From Thermoleophilaceae bacterium (GTDB lineage Bacteria; Actinomycetota; Thermoleophilia; Solirubrobacterales; Thermoleophilaceae), in assembly GCA_034664005.1 (NCBI GenBank), contig JAXDIL010000118.1, positions 25,400 through 89,399 of the forward strand: a stretch of DNA of 64,000 bases. The letters are read 5' to 3'. The position numbers and the translations under genes are program-made. The notes beneath the pieces are model-generated. The model worked only from the letters and a program-made list of their open reading frames with translations, had not been told where the DNA came from and searched no databases. Of this stretch, positions 7,448 to 16,791 are shown in pieces (positions within the stretch are counted from its first letter, which is position 1; every line of letters begins with the position of its first letter).

Positions 7448-10400
7448 CTACCAGGCGTCTATCTCGACCTCGGGCCAGCGTCGATACAGCGTCAGTGCCT
7501 GTTCGAGGATGAGGTCGGTGTAGATGTCAAGGGGCCGGCCTCCGCCGCCGTCGACTCCGCTGGCGGGTGGGTCCGGAAGGTCCCTGCGGTGTCGGCGCAG
7601 GAGACGCTTGATGCGCTTGCGCACTGCCGCCTCAGTGGACTCGTCTGAAGTCCAGTCGACGGTCAGGTCGCTGCGAATCCCCTGGACGAGCTCGCGCGCG
7701 ATGGTCACGAGCTTCGGGTCCGCAGTCCAGTTCTCGGGATTGCCGGCGAGCGCGTCGTAGAACGCCGCCTCTTCTTCCGTGAGTCCCAGTTCCTCGTGAC
7801 GATGGCGGGCCTCGCGAAGTTGTTTGGCAATCTCGACCAGCCGGGCCACGATTTCTGCGGAAGTGATGGTCCGGTTGTCGTAAGCCTGAAGCAGCTCGTC
7901 GATGCGGTCGGAGAAGAGCTTTGCCTGCAGGTGGTTCGACCGCAGCCGGACGCGAACCTCCTCGTCGAGGAGCCGTTTGATGAGGTTGACCGCGAGGTTC
8001 GGGCGTTCGCTGACCTTCTTCGTCACTTCGTCGAGGAACTCATCGGAGAGCACTGAGACCTCTGGGCGTTCCTTGCCGGCGAGCTTGAGCACGTCGACGA
8101 CCTCGCCGGCGGCGAGCCCTGTAGAGATGAACTGCTTGACCACCTGCTCGGCCTCGGGGCTTGCTTGGTCGGTCGGGGCCGCGTACGCGCGGACCTCCCG
8201 GGCAACCGCGCCGAAGAACTCGGCGTCGGTGGCCACCTCCACTGCTTCAGATGTGGTCCCGGCCAGCGCGAACCAGCGGCTGAAGAGCGTGTACTGCCTG
8301 AGGAACTCGGTGGTCGAGTCCTGGTCTTCGAGTAATAGGTCCGAGGCTTCCTCGATGAGTTCGGTGACTTCAGTCGCCGGCTTCGTCTCCCAGCCCGCGT
8401 ACTCGACGCCGTGGAGCATCGCCGCAACCACCTCATGCTTCTCGCGCATGTGCTTGACGGCAACCGCCAGCGGGACCGCGACGTCGTCGACATCTTGCTT
8501 GGCATAGGCGGTCAGGGAGGCACGCAGGTCCTCACCGATGCCGATGTAGTCGACGACGAGGCCTCCCGGCTTGTCACGGAAGACGCGGTTGACTCGGGCA
8601 ATGGCCTGCAGCAGACCGTGGTCCTTCATCGGCTTGTCGACGTAGAGGGTGTGCATAACCGGGGCATCGAAGCCGGTTAGCCACATGTCGCGAACGACAA
8701 CGATTCGCAAGGCTGAATCCGGCTGCTTGTAGAGCTCTTCGAGCTCCTCGCGCTGGTGGCGGGTGCGGCGGAAAGCCGAGATTTCCGGGTCGTCGGTGGC
8801 GGTGGCGGAGATGACCGCCGTGACCGCATCCTCACCTAAGTGGGCCTTGAGCCGTTTGACGAGGTCGACGCAGATGCGCTGGCTGTAGCCGACGACCATG
8901 GCCTTGCCCTCTTGGACCTTGCAGCGCTCGGTGTAATGCTCGGCGATGTCCTTGGCGACGACATCGAGTCGCTCGTCCGTCCCGACGAGTTTCTCCAAGC
9001 GCGCCCACGCGGTCTGAAGCTTGCGGGCGGCGCCTTCGTCCTCTTCGGACAGCACCTCCTCGGCCTCGCGAAGCAGCTCCTCGTCCTTGACATCGAGCGG
9101 GACCACCCGGCTCTCGTAGAAGATGGGCACGACCGCCCCGTCAGCCTCGGCGTCAGAAATGCGGTAGACGGACACGTAATCGCCGAAGGTCAGACGGGTG
9201 TTGCGGTCACCCGCCTCGATGGGCGTCCCCGTGAACCCGATGCGGATGGCGTTCGGGAGCGAGCGCGTGACGTTGCGGGCCAGGTCTCCGTACTGAGTTC
9301 GGTGCGCTTCGTCGGCCATGACGACGATGTTCGCGCGCTCGGATAGGACGGGCATCTGGCTGCGCTCACGGCCGGGGTCGAACTTCTGGATGGTCGTAAA
9401 GACGATGTCACCTGGCGGCCGTCGCAGGAGCTCGTGGAGCGACTCCTCCTTCCGGCCCTCGGTCGGGCCTTTGGGCGGCTCGATACGTTCCGCGCGCTTG
9501 ACCGCTGCGGCGAGGTGTTTCTGGCGCCGGAAGGTCTTGTACAGCTGGTCGTCGAGCTGCTCACGGTCGGTGAGGGCGACAACGGTCGGGGACTCGAAGC
9601 GAGGGTCCTTGCGGAGCTTCGAGGTGTAGAAGGCCATCAGGTAGCTCTTGCCTGAACCCTGGGTGTGCCAAATGACGCCGGCGCGGCCGTCGCCGTTCAT
9701 CGCCGCCCAGGTGGCCTCCAGCGCTTTCTCGACCGCCTGGACCTGGTGGTACTTGGCCATCACCTTCCAGGTCTTGGCGCCATCGGTCTCGAACATCACG
9801 TAGTTGGCGATGAGGTCGAGGAATCGCGCGGGCGTGTAGACGCCTTGAAGCATGACTTTCAGCCCCGTCTGCTTTTTCTCGCCGGGCTGCGGGTCCATGG
9901 TCTTCCACTCGGCGAAGTGCTCCGCCGGCGTTGTCACAGTTCCGACACGGGCTTCGCGGCGGTCGGTGACGGCGATGACCTCGATGAAGCGATAGAGGTA
10001 CGGGATGTCCTGCCAGTAGCCGGCGACCTGGTTGATGACCGCTTGCCCGCCCTTGTCGCCGGGCGCCTTGGCTTCGATTTGGCCCAAGGGGATGCCGTTG
10101 ACAAACAAGAGAATGTCGGGCCGACGCTTCTTCTCCGTTGGACCCGAACCCTGCTCGACGCGGAACTGGTTGACGGCTAGGAACTCGTTGTTGGTGGGGT
10201 CGCCGAAGTCGACGAGCTTCGCTCGGCCGGACTGCTCTTCACCGGAGGAGTCGGTCCAGGTGACGGGCACGCCGAGGACGAGAAACTCGTGAAACGCGTA
10301 ATGGTCGTCGATGAGGACCACAGACGTCGACTCGCGGACGTCTGTGATGACGGCGTCGACCGCCTCATCGGGTAGGTGCGGGTTGAGATGGGCAATGGCG

Positions 10401-10570
10401 TTCCTGAGCCGACGAACAAGTAGGACCTCCCGGTAGTCACCGCGCTCGCTCGCAGGCGCGGAGGGCGCGAGCTTGTGTCCGGGTGCGTGCTCCCAGCCCA
10501 GCTCCTCAAGCCATGCGAGCGCCGGCTGCTCCACCAGCGCGTCTTCGCCGAGCTTGAGGCTGGAGCTCAT
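7448..10570 (-). CDS. hsdR: Type I restriction enzyme, R subunit (helicase/endonuclease)
   Basis: 1040 aa. HsdR-type N-terminus (EDALVEQPALAWLEELGWEH), SF2 helicase motifs (WHTQGSGKS, MADEAHRTQYG, FTGTP) and a long helical C-terminal region. Lies 4 nt downstream of hsdS. Confidence 0.95.
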   Translation of the reverse strand: MSSSLKLGEDALVEQPALAWLEELGWEHAPGHKLAPSAPASERGDYREVLLVRRLRNAIAHLNPHLPDEAVDAVITDVRESTSVVLIDDHYAFHEFLVLGVPVTWTDSSGEEQSGRAKLVDFGDPTNNEFLAVNQFRVEQGSGPTEKKRRPDILLFVNGIPLGQIEAKAPGDKGGQAVINQVAGYWQDIPYLYRFIEVIAVTDRREARVGTVTTPAEHFAEWKTMDPQPGEKKQTGLKVMLQGVYTPARFLDLIANYVMFETDGAKTWKVMAKYHQVQAVEKALEATWAAMNGDGRAGVIWHTQGSGKSYLMAFYTSKLRKDPRFESPTVVALTDREQLDDQLYKTFRRQKHLAAAVKRAERIEPPKGPTEGRKEESLHELLRRPPGDIVFTTIQKFDPGRERSQMPVLSERANIVVMADEAHRTQYGDLARNVTRSLPNAIRIGFTGTPIEAGDRNTRLTFGDYVSVYRISDAEADGAVVPIFYESRVVPLDVKDEELLREAEEVLSEEDEGAARKLQTAWARLEKLVGTDERLDVVAKDIAEHYTERCKVQEGKAMVVGYSQRICVDLVKRLKAHLGEDAVTAVISATATDDPEISAFRRTRHQREELEELYKQPDSALRIVVVRDMWLTGFDAPVMHTLYVDKPMKDHGLLQAIARVNRVFRDKPGGLVVDYIGIGEDLRASLTAYAKQDVDDVAVPLAVAVKHMREKHEVVAAMLHGVEYAGWETKPATEVTELIEEASDLLLEDQDSTTEFLRQYTLFSRWFALAGTTSEAVEVATDAEFFGAVAREVRAYAAPTDQASPEAEQVVKQFISTGLAAGEVVDVLKLAGKERPEVSVLSDEFLDEVTKKVSERPNLAVNLIKRLLDEEVRVRLRSNHLQAKLFSDRIDELLQAYDNRTITSAEIVARLVEIAKQLREARHRHEELGLTEEEAAFYDALAGNPENWTADPKLVTIARELVQGIRSDLTVDWTSDESTEAAVRKRIKRLLRRHRRDLPDPPASGVDGGGGRPLDIYTDLILEQALTLYRRWPEVEIDAW

Positions 10571-10574
10571 CCGC

Positions 10575-11774
10575 CTACGCCACTAAGGCGCCGTCTGTAT
10601 TGATGGGGAGAGGCAGGCTAAGTCTCCCGGCGAACACCTCGCGCAATGTGAGGTCGCGTAGCTTTTCTAGAACGACGTTTTGTTTCCGTGCATGGTCTTC
10701 TAGTTCGAGCAGAGGTTGCCCAGAGTCAATCCACCGCCCAAGCGCCTCTTCTTCTGGACGCGGCACCGGGGCTGACAGCAAGTCGCCGGGTCTGATGCGC
10801 TGATGAGAGCCGGTCGTTCCCGCGACGTGCGCGAGAACGAACGTGCGGAACGTCTGGTCAAAACGGACTGCTGCGTGGAGGTAGCTGAAGGGGAAGGGCT
10901 TCCTCGGTTGCACCGCGAGAAACTCGGTTGAGCAGACCGCACGGGTATCGGCCTGCGGAGCGGCGGCCCAAACGCGCCACTGCCGACCGGGATTCAGCTT
11001 GGACACGAGCACCGCTCGGCCGTCGAGAAGCGTCTTGCCGGACTTGATGGTCGACCCGAGAACGCGCTCAGGAAGCCGTCCGTTATCGAAGGCAGGGATG
11101 CTGTAATGGTCGAACTCGTCGGTCGGCGCGCGGAGGGGTTGAACCGAGGTTCGGATTTGCGTCGCCACGTCGTCTAGACGCATCTCAGTGGCGCCCTCGA
11201 TGACTTCGGCATAGAGAAGGCGGGCAAGCGCGGCGAGGTTGTCGGCCATTCTCAGGTTGAGCTCTGCATGAGCATCCAAAGCACCAAGCGACTCAGAGAT
11301 GGAGCGCTGCTCCCCGGGGTCGTGGAGCAGCGGAACCTGCAGTGCTCGGATATCCGACATGTTCAGGTGCGCCACGGTTGAGCCTTCGGAGCGGCTGGTC
11401 ATTGCGTGCTGTAGCTGCGGCGAAAGCAGCAGGTAGAGCAAATACCGAGGTTCAACGCGTGAAGGGTCAGGCCGAAGTAAGACCGTCCGCTGCCCAAGAC
11501 AGATGCGGGCATCGTCCGGGACGATGCCGACGGCTCCAACCGGTGCTTCGCGGGCCAGAACGAGGTCTCCCGTACGCGGCTCCATTCGCTGGCTCCACGT
11601 CCTCCACGTCCCTTCGCTGACTCGCTTGGCTTGGTGAAGTAGCAATCTCCCAGCGCGAATGTCCCGGGTTCCCGGCGCGTAGTACTCGCCGGTGGGGTCA
11701 GCGGGGGCAGTTTTGTGCTCGCAATCGATGATGGCCTCGCACAGGTCATCGAGGCGAGCGTGCGGCGCAGTCAC
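10575..11774 (-). CDS. hsdS: Type I restriction-modification specificity subunit
   Basis: 399 aa with two target-recognition-domain halves separated by helical spacers. Its GTG start overlaps the hsdM stop (GTGA at 11774-11771). It sits between hsdM and hsdR. Confidence 0.9.
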   Translation of the reverse strand: MTAPHARLDDLCEAIIDCEHKTAPADPTGEYYAPGTRDIRAGRLLLHQAKRVSEGTWRTWSQRMEPRTGDLVLAREAPVGAVGIVPDDARICLGQRTVLLRPDPSRVEPRYLLYLLLSPQLQHAMTSRSEGSTVAHLNMSDIRALQVPLLHDPGEQRSISESLGALDAHAELNLRMADNLAALARLLYAEVIEGATEMRLDDVATQIRTSVQPLRAPTDEFDHYSIPAFDNGRLPERVLGSTIKSGKTLLDGRAVLVSKLNPGRQWRVWAAAPQADTRAVCSTEFLAVQPRKPFPFSYLHAAVRFDQTFRTFVLAHVAGTTGSHQRIRPGDLLSAPVPRPEEEALGRWIDSGQPLLELEDHARKQNVVLEKLRDLTLREVFAGRLSLPLPINTDGALVA

Positions 11775-13363
11775 CTGGTGGTGACTCCGAAGCGCTCTGC
11801 AATCAAGTCGCGGAGTTCTTCCGCCTTCTCGAACTGGTGAGCGAGTTCCGTCTGTAGAGCAGCGATGCGCTCGCCCGCCGGTCCTGCTCCGTCATCGCTC
11901 CAGGCGGCTCCCACGTATCGACCCGGAGTCAACGCAAACTTGTGGGCCTCAATCTCATTCAAGGTCGCGGACCTGCAGAACCCTTCTTCGTCCGCGAAGT
12001 CGCTGCCGTTCCGCCACTCGTGGTACTTGCTAGCGATGCGCCCGATGCCCGCCTCAGTCAACTCGACCTGCGTGCGGCTGAGCTTCTCGCCCATCGCGCG
12101 GGCGTCGACGAATAGCACTTCGCCTCGGCGGTCCCGTTTGCCCTCACTCGCCTTGTCCCGGTCTAGGAACCATAGGCACACAGGGATGCCGGTCGTGTAG
12201 AAGAGCTGGGCAGGGCAGGCGACGACGCAGTCGAGAAGGTCATCCCGGACGATGGCTTCGCGGATGGCGCCTTCTCCCCCAGAGTTGGACGTCAAGGAGC
12301 CGTTCGCCATCACGAAGCCGGCACGTCCGTCCGGGGCCAGGTGGGCGATGAAGTGCTGAATCCATGCGTAGTTGGCATTCCCGTCCGGCGGCAACCCGTA
12401 CTTCCAGCGGGAGTCCTTTGACACGCGGTCGACGCCCCATGCCTTTTGGTTGAACGGCGGATTGGCAAGTACGAAGTCCGCGCGCAAGCTCTGGAACTGG
12501 TCGTCGAGCAGGGACCCGCCTTCGGTGTACCTGAGGTCGCCGGACAGCCCGTGAATAGCGAGGTTCATTCGGCCGATGCGCCAGGTGGCCTGGTTCTTTT
12601 CCTGCCCGTAGATGCGGATATCGCGGGGACGTCCGTCATGTGCCTTGACGAACTTCGCGCTCTGCACGAACAAGCCGCCGGACCCGCAGGCGGGGTCAAA
12701 GACCCGGCCCTCATAGGGCTCCAACATTTCGACCAACAGCCGCGTCACCGAAGCCGGCGTGTAGAACTCGCCGCCGCGGTGGCCTTCGTTTCGAGCGAAG
12801 GTCTTGATGAAGTACTCGTAGGTGCGGCCGAGTATGTCCCGCGCGGTTTCCTCGTCGTCGCCAAAGCCAATGCGGTCGATGGTCTTGACCAGCTCACCCA
12901 GTGTTGTCGGGTGCAGCGGCGCGCGGGCGTAGATGCGGGGCAGGACACCGCGTAGCTGGTTCTCGTTTTCGGCCTCGATGACCTTGAGCGCCTTGTCAAC
13001 GCGCTCCCCAATGTCCGGCTGGGTCACCGCGGTCATGAGCTCCGACCAACGAGCGCCTTCGGGGACCCAAAAGACGTTCTCGGAGACGTATTCGTCGCGG
13101 TCTTCGAGAATGTCGTGCCGCTCATCCGCGTTGTCGGTGAAGTACTCATCGTTCTCGGGGTCGCGCGTCCAGGAATCGATTCGAGCCCGCTGGCGCTCGA
13201 ACGAGTCGGAGATGTACTTCAGGAAGATGAGGCCGAGAACGAGATGCTTGTACTCCGCCGACTCCACGGAACCGCGGAGCTGGTCGGCCGCTGAGAAGAG
13301 GTCGCGAGCGAACGGCAGGTCGCCGCCATTCCCGTTCGGCACTGCGTTGGAAGATGTCGTCAC
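11771..13363 (-). CDS. hsdM: Type I restriction-modification N6-adenine DNA methyltransferase subunit
   Basis: 530 aa. HsdM N-terminal block (LRGSVESAEYKHLVLGLIFLKYISD), SAM-binding DPACGSGG and catalytic NPPF (LANPPFNQKAW). Confidence 0.95.
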   Translation of the reverse strand: MTTSSNAVPNGNGGDLPFARDLFSAADQLRGSVESAEYKHLVLGLIFLKYISDSFERQRARIDSWTRDPENDEYFTDNADERHDILEDRDEYVSENVFWVPEGARWSELMTAVTQPDIGERVDKALKVIEAENENQLRGVLPRIYARAPLHPTTLGELVKTIDRIGFGDDEETARDILGRTYEYFIKTFARNEGHRGGEFYTPASVTRLLVEMLEPYEGRVFDPACGSGGLFVQSAKFVKAHDGRPRDIRIYGQEKNQATWRIGRMNLAIHGLSGDLRYTEGGSLLDDQFQSLRADFVLANPPFNQKAWGVDRVSKDSRWKYGLPPDGNANYAWIQHFIAHLAPDGRAGFVMANGSLTSNSGGEGAIREAIVRDDLLDCVVACPAQLFYTTGIPVCLWFLDRDKASEGKRDRRGEVLFVDARAMGEKLSRTQVELTEAGIGRIASKYHEWRNGSDFADEEGFCRSATLNEIEAHKFALTPGRYVGAAWSDDGAGPAGERIAALQTELAHQFEKAEELRDLIAERFGVTTR

Positions 13364-13452
13364 GTCGTCAACCTTCTATTCGATACGGAAGCATCCGGCC
13401 TGTCGGCGGAAGTCAGCCTAACTTGACGAACAGTCGGGATGGGAGGCTCGTC

Positions 13453-14271
13453 TTGACTTACGAGCGACCCCTGGCAATCCGCGATAGCCCGTCGGAAAGA
13501 GGTCAGGTTGAACCTCTAGCGACCGATGAGACGACCATGAAGGCGGTGGAGCAACGCTGGCTCGACTACGCATGGACGGTGGTCAACGCGTCCCAGCACC
13601 ACCGTCGCGGCTGCCTTGTCCGCGATGCCGCCTCGGGCCGCGGGCTCGACGGCGGCAACGACATCCGCTTCCCCGGCTTCCTGGGTGAGCGATACACGCC
13701 GGAGCAAGGCCTTCTCTGCGTTGGCCAGGTCCACAGGGAACCCACGAATCCGGAGCATCTCGATGGGGACCCCGAGCGCTTTATCGCCGCCCACCGCGCT
13801 TGGCGGGAGTCCGGACGACTCGCCGACGCCGACACCGCCTTCCTCGCGGAGGTTCGTCGTTACTACGCCGCCACCGCGGCCAGTTGGAACCCTTGGCACA
13901 CGCACTTCAAGCGCATGGTCGTCGGCGAACTCGGACTCGACATGTCCCACATCGCTTACACGAACCTCGCGAAGTGTCGCCAGAACCCTGCCGGCAAGAA
14001 CCCGAGGAAGCTGTCGGACTATTGCCAGCAGGACTTCCCCGTCGACCGTTTGGTGGAAGTGCTGCAGCCGGTCGCGGTCATCGTCTGCGTCATCTCCGCG
14101 GACCCCACCCGCGAGGGCCGCTGGGCAAGCCCCTCGTGGGAGCCGCTCGTGTTCGCGTGCGAGGGCCGCAATGGATGCGACGTTCGCGGACGGGGCCCGA
14201 CGGTATGGGCTCCGGAAGCGGCGGCTCGTGTGCGCCAGCGCTGGTCTCAGTTGGAGACCGCGACGACTTAG
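13453..14271 (+). CDS. Uracil-DNA glycosylase superfamily-like protein (distant)
   Basis: YTNLAKCRQNPAGKNPRKLSDYCQQDF resembles the family 4/5 UDG block (N-x-x-KCRPP-x-NR-x-P...C). LLCVGQVHRE sits where the GEAPG-type motif would be. Start chosen at TTG 13453, which has GGGAGG 6 nt upstream. ATG 13537 is the alternative. The track start 13354 would overlap hsdM. Confidence 0.55.
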   Translation: MTYERPLAIRDSPSERGQVEPLATDETTMKAVEQRWLDYAWTVVNASQHHRRGCLVRDAASGRGLDGGNDIRFPGFLGERYTPEQGLLCVGQVHREPTNPEHLDGDPERFIAAHRAWRESGRLADADTAFLAEVRRYYAATAASWNPWHTHFKRMVVGELGLDMSHIAYTNLAKCRQNPAGKNPRKLSDYCQQDFPVDRLVEVLQPVAVIVCVISADPTREGRWASPSWEPLVFACEGRNGCDVRGRGPTVWAPEAAARVRQRWSQLETATT

Positions 14272-14325
14272 CTCGGAGCCGGAGCGGTGCGAGGTAGCTT
14301 TCGCCTCCGCTTATCTGTGCGCTGG

Positions 14326-15645
14326 TCAGAGGTTGGGTTCCGGCACGTCCGAGCCCATTCGCTGGAGGAGGTTGCGACCGATGTATGCGCCAGGAGCGTT
14401 GGGGCGGTACTTAGCGAGAAGCTCCCTGTGGAAGACATCGACGAACTGCTCCGGGAGACGCTCGAATGCCTGGTTGAGTTCATCGGTTGCGTCGAATGGA
14501 CTGTCTTCGAGCAGGGCTCTAACGAGCGCGCTTACGACGCGCTCCGCGTCGGCTTCAGTGAAATGCGGCGCGAGCATGCAAGCGAGCCTGGTGGCATAGG
14601 CCTGGGCGTCCCAACCCCCACCCAAGCGTGAGACAAGCGTGTCGAGGAGGTCGGCTCGGCGCTCGTCCGAGACAGCGGGGAACAGGCGTGCTGTCGCCTC
14701 TTCGAGCACCGCGCCGGAGCGCACGCCCCGATTAACTATCCCCGCGCTCAAGTCGTCGATGACTGCGAGAGCAACTTTGTCTTGGTGCCTGCGTTCGAGC
14801 AGCTCGTAAACGGTCGGCGTCACCATCTCGATGCCGAGGATTAGCGTGTCATCGTCAGCAATCCACCGTCCGCAGCGATTGGCCGCGACCCGCACGGGCG
14901 CGTCCTCTGTGCCGAGGCGGTGGAGCGCCCGGTGGTAGACGATGCGAAGGTTTCGGGCCTTCGTGCCGTCGTTCGCGTCCGCGGCGTCTTTGACGCGGTC
15001 CATCAGCTTTTCGACGAGCTCTGGCCGCCGACCGGTGGGAACGCTGTGAATGAGGTCATCGGCCGCTTCGCGAGTGGCGGGGAACCGAGGTTGCGACGCC
15101 TCGTCGACAGCCTCGTCGACGGCTACCGGTGAAGACGCTGCCTCAAGGTGGCGAGCACAGATGCTCATGACGGCCAAACGCTCGAACGCCCCGGCTCGGT
15201 CGCCCTCAACCGGACTTTCAGTCTGGTGCATTTCTGGGTTCCGGACGTAGAAGGCAACGCCAGTCAGGAATCGCCAAACCCCACGGTGCATGTCGCGTTC
15301 AGTGTCGTTGGACATACCAGTCAGGGGCAGCTGAGGCGTCGTGTCGCCAATGCGCTCCATCAGCTGCGACCCATCGAGGTTAGGCTGGTTCAGCCGTTGG
15401 CGGGCCAGGTCCCGCAACGCGAACCACGCGTCCTGGAGCGCGGCCGGGTAGTCCCCTCGCTCCCAATCCTCTTGAGCAGCATCGGCGATGAGCGGATGCA
15501 TCTCGTCGAAGTGAAGGCGCCGCTCGGGCTCATCGACAGTTGGAGGGTCCAGCTCGTCGTGGGGGTCGTCGACGTCGGTCACGGTCGAACAGGGTCGCAC
15601 GACAACCAAAAAAGCTTCCGTTTCGCCGGTCACCGAGCGCAACAC
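14326..15645 (-). CDS. TIGR02391 (Hypoth_Ymh) domain protein with long helical C-terminal extension
   Basis: 439 aa. The N-terminal part (LHFDEMHPLIADAAQEDWERGDYPAALQDAWFALRDLARQRL...GVWRFLTGVAFYVRNPEMHQ) fits the TIGR02391 pattern (HP-I, G-Y-AV, IRNP-x-H). The remaining ~270 aa are helical and unassigned. Start uncertain. Confidence 0.7.
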   Translation of the reverse strand: MLRSVTGETEAFLVVVRPCSTVTDVDDPHDELDPPTVDEPERRLHFDEMHPLIADAAQEDWERGDYPAALQDAWFALRDLARQRLNQPNLDGSQLMERIGDTTPQLPLTGMSNDTERDMHRGVWRFLTGVAFYVRNPEMHQTESPVEGDRAGAFERLAVMSICARHLEAASSPVAVDEAVDEASQPRFPATREAADDLIHSVPTGRRPELVEKLMDRVKDAADANDGTKARNLRIVYHRALHRLGTEDAPVRVAANRCGRWIADDDTLILGIEMVTPTVYELLERRHQDKVALAVIDDLSAGIVNRGVRSGAVLEEATARLFPAVSDERRADLLDTLVSRLGGGWDAQAYATRLACMLAPHFTEADAERVVSALVRALLEDSPFDATDELNQAFERLPEQFVDVFHRELLAKYRPNAPGAYIGRNLLQRMGSDVPEPNL

Positions 15646-16065
15646 TGCGCTCGCCCCAGACGCCCGAGCGCGACTTCGAGCTCATCGTGGGCCGACATGA
15701 GCACTGACGCATAGCCATGGCGTGCCTCGGCGGCCGCGGTAAGTCGGGCTGGCAGGGCGTGCGCGACGACCGGTGGCCGCCGGCGCACGCCCTTCGGTTC
15801 GCGGACCGTCTATCGGCCACGAACGAGCTCCCACACCGTCAGTGCGAGAAGCAGAGTCACGAAATCCATATCGGGCCTTTTCTTCGACCGGCTCCGATGG
15901 CCGGGTTGGCCAGTTCCCTGGCACTAATTACGTGGCCCGATGCAGGGGTCTTTGTAGTGCGAGAGCGCGGTCGTCTTGTAGGCGCGGATATCAACCATTA
16001 CGCCAGAGAACCCTGCAGAAGACGTGGTCCCTGGTGGCTGGCGGGCCTAGGCCCTGCAACCGGCG

Positions 16066-16791
16066 TCAGTCGGGCTTGTCGCCGAGCGAGCGCAGCGCTT
16101 CTTCCAATGCTCGCTCAGTCGCCTGAATCTCGCTCGTCAACTCGGTCCTTCTCACACGGGCGGCAGCGATGTCGTCGACGCCGGCATCCACGGGTAGGTC
16201 TTGCGCCGCGGCGAGCGCAGCGCCTAATTCAGTCAAGCGCCGTCGCGCGCGCTCGGGGAACAAGAAGTCGAGCTGGTAGGTGCCAGCAGCGCTAGTCCGT
16301 TGCACCACCGGCGAGCGGCCAACCTGCGTCAGGAAGGTGGCCACAGGGTCCTTGCCAGCGGGTAGGAAGCCTTCGCGCGTGAACAGCTCGAACCAGGTCC
16401 GATAGTGCACCGGGCTTCGGGCTTGTGTCGAACCAGCAAGAACTCTCACCGCGGCCTCGCGGATACGAGCTCCTTTGAGAACGAGGTTCCCCGTTGGAAC
16501 AGGGTCCGCGCTCCGGTTCGGAACTGCCCGTAAGCGAGAGCCTCCGTTGCGAGTTGCGGGAGTGATGTCGTCGTGCACGAAGCGGTTGAGCATGCGGAGG
16601 TGATTGGCCAGCTCCTCGCGCGCCGCTTCGACGGCGGCGAGCTCGCGCCCAAGCTCGTCCCGCCGCGCTTGAAGCCTCGCGGCTTCGCGTTCCACACGTT
16701 CGCGTTCTGCGAACGCGGCTGAGCGCATCCGCCGTGAAGGAGTCCATGTCTCGGACGTGGTCACCTCCGGAGCAATAGCGGCTTTAGCCAT
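16066..16791 (-). CDS. Coiled-coil protein with central winged-helix (HARE-HTH-like) segment
   Basis: 241 aa. Heptad-rich N- and C-termini (ERERVEREAARLQARRDELGRELAAVEAAREEL; RRTELTSEIQATERALEEAL) flank IREAAVRVLAGSTQARSPVHYRTWFELFTREGFLPAGKDPVATFLTQVGRSPVVQRTSAAGTYQLD, which resembles HARE-HTH domains. Confidence 0.6.
   Translation of the reverse strand: MAKAAIAPEVTTSETWTPSRRMRSAAFAERERVEREAARLQARRDELGRELAAVEAAREELANHLRMLNRFVHDDITPATRNGGSRLRAVPNRSADPVPTGNLVLKGARIREAAVRVLAGSTQARSPVHYRTWFELFTREGFLPAGKDPVATFLTQVGRSPVVQRTSAAGTYQLDFLFPERARRRLTELGAALAAAQDLPVDAGVDDIAAARVRRTELTSEIQATERALEEALRSLGDKPD

Noticed and set aside
15646-16065. Integrase or transposase pseudogene in the large intergenic gap
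   Set aside because: I translated all six frames by eye and found no recombinase-like motifs. I kept it only as an unexplained gap and did not call it a pseudogene.
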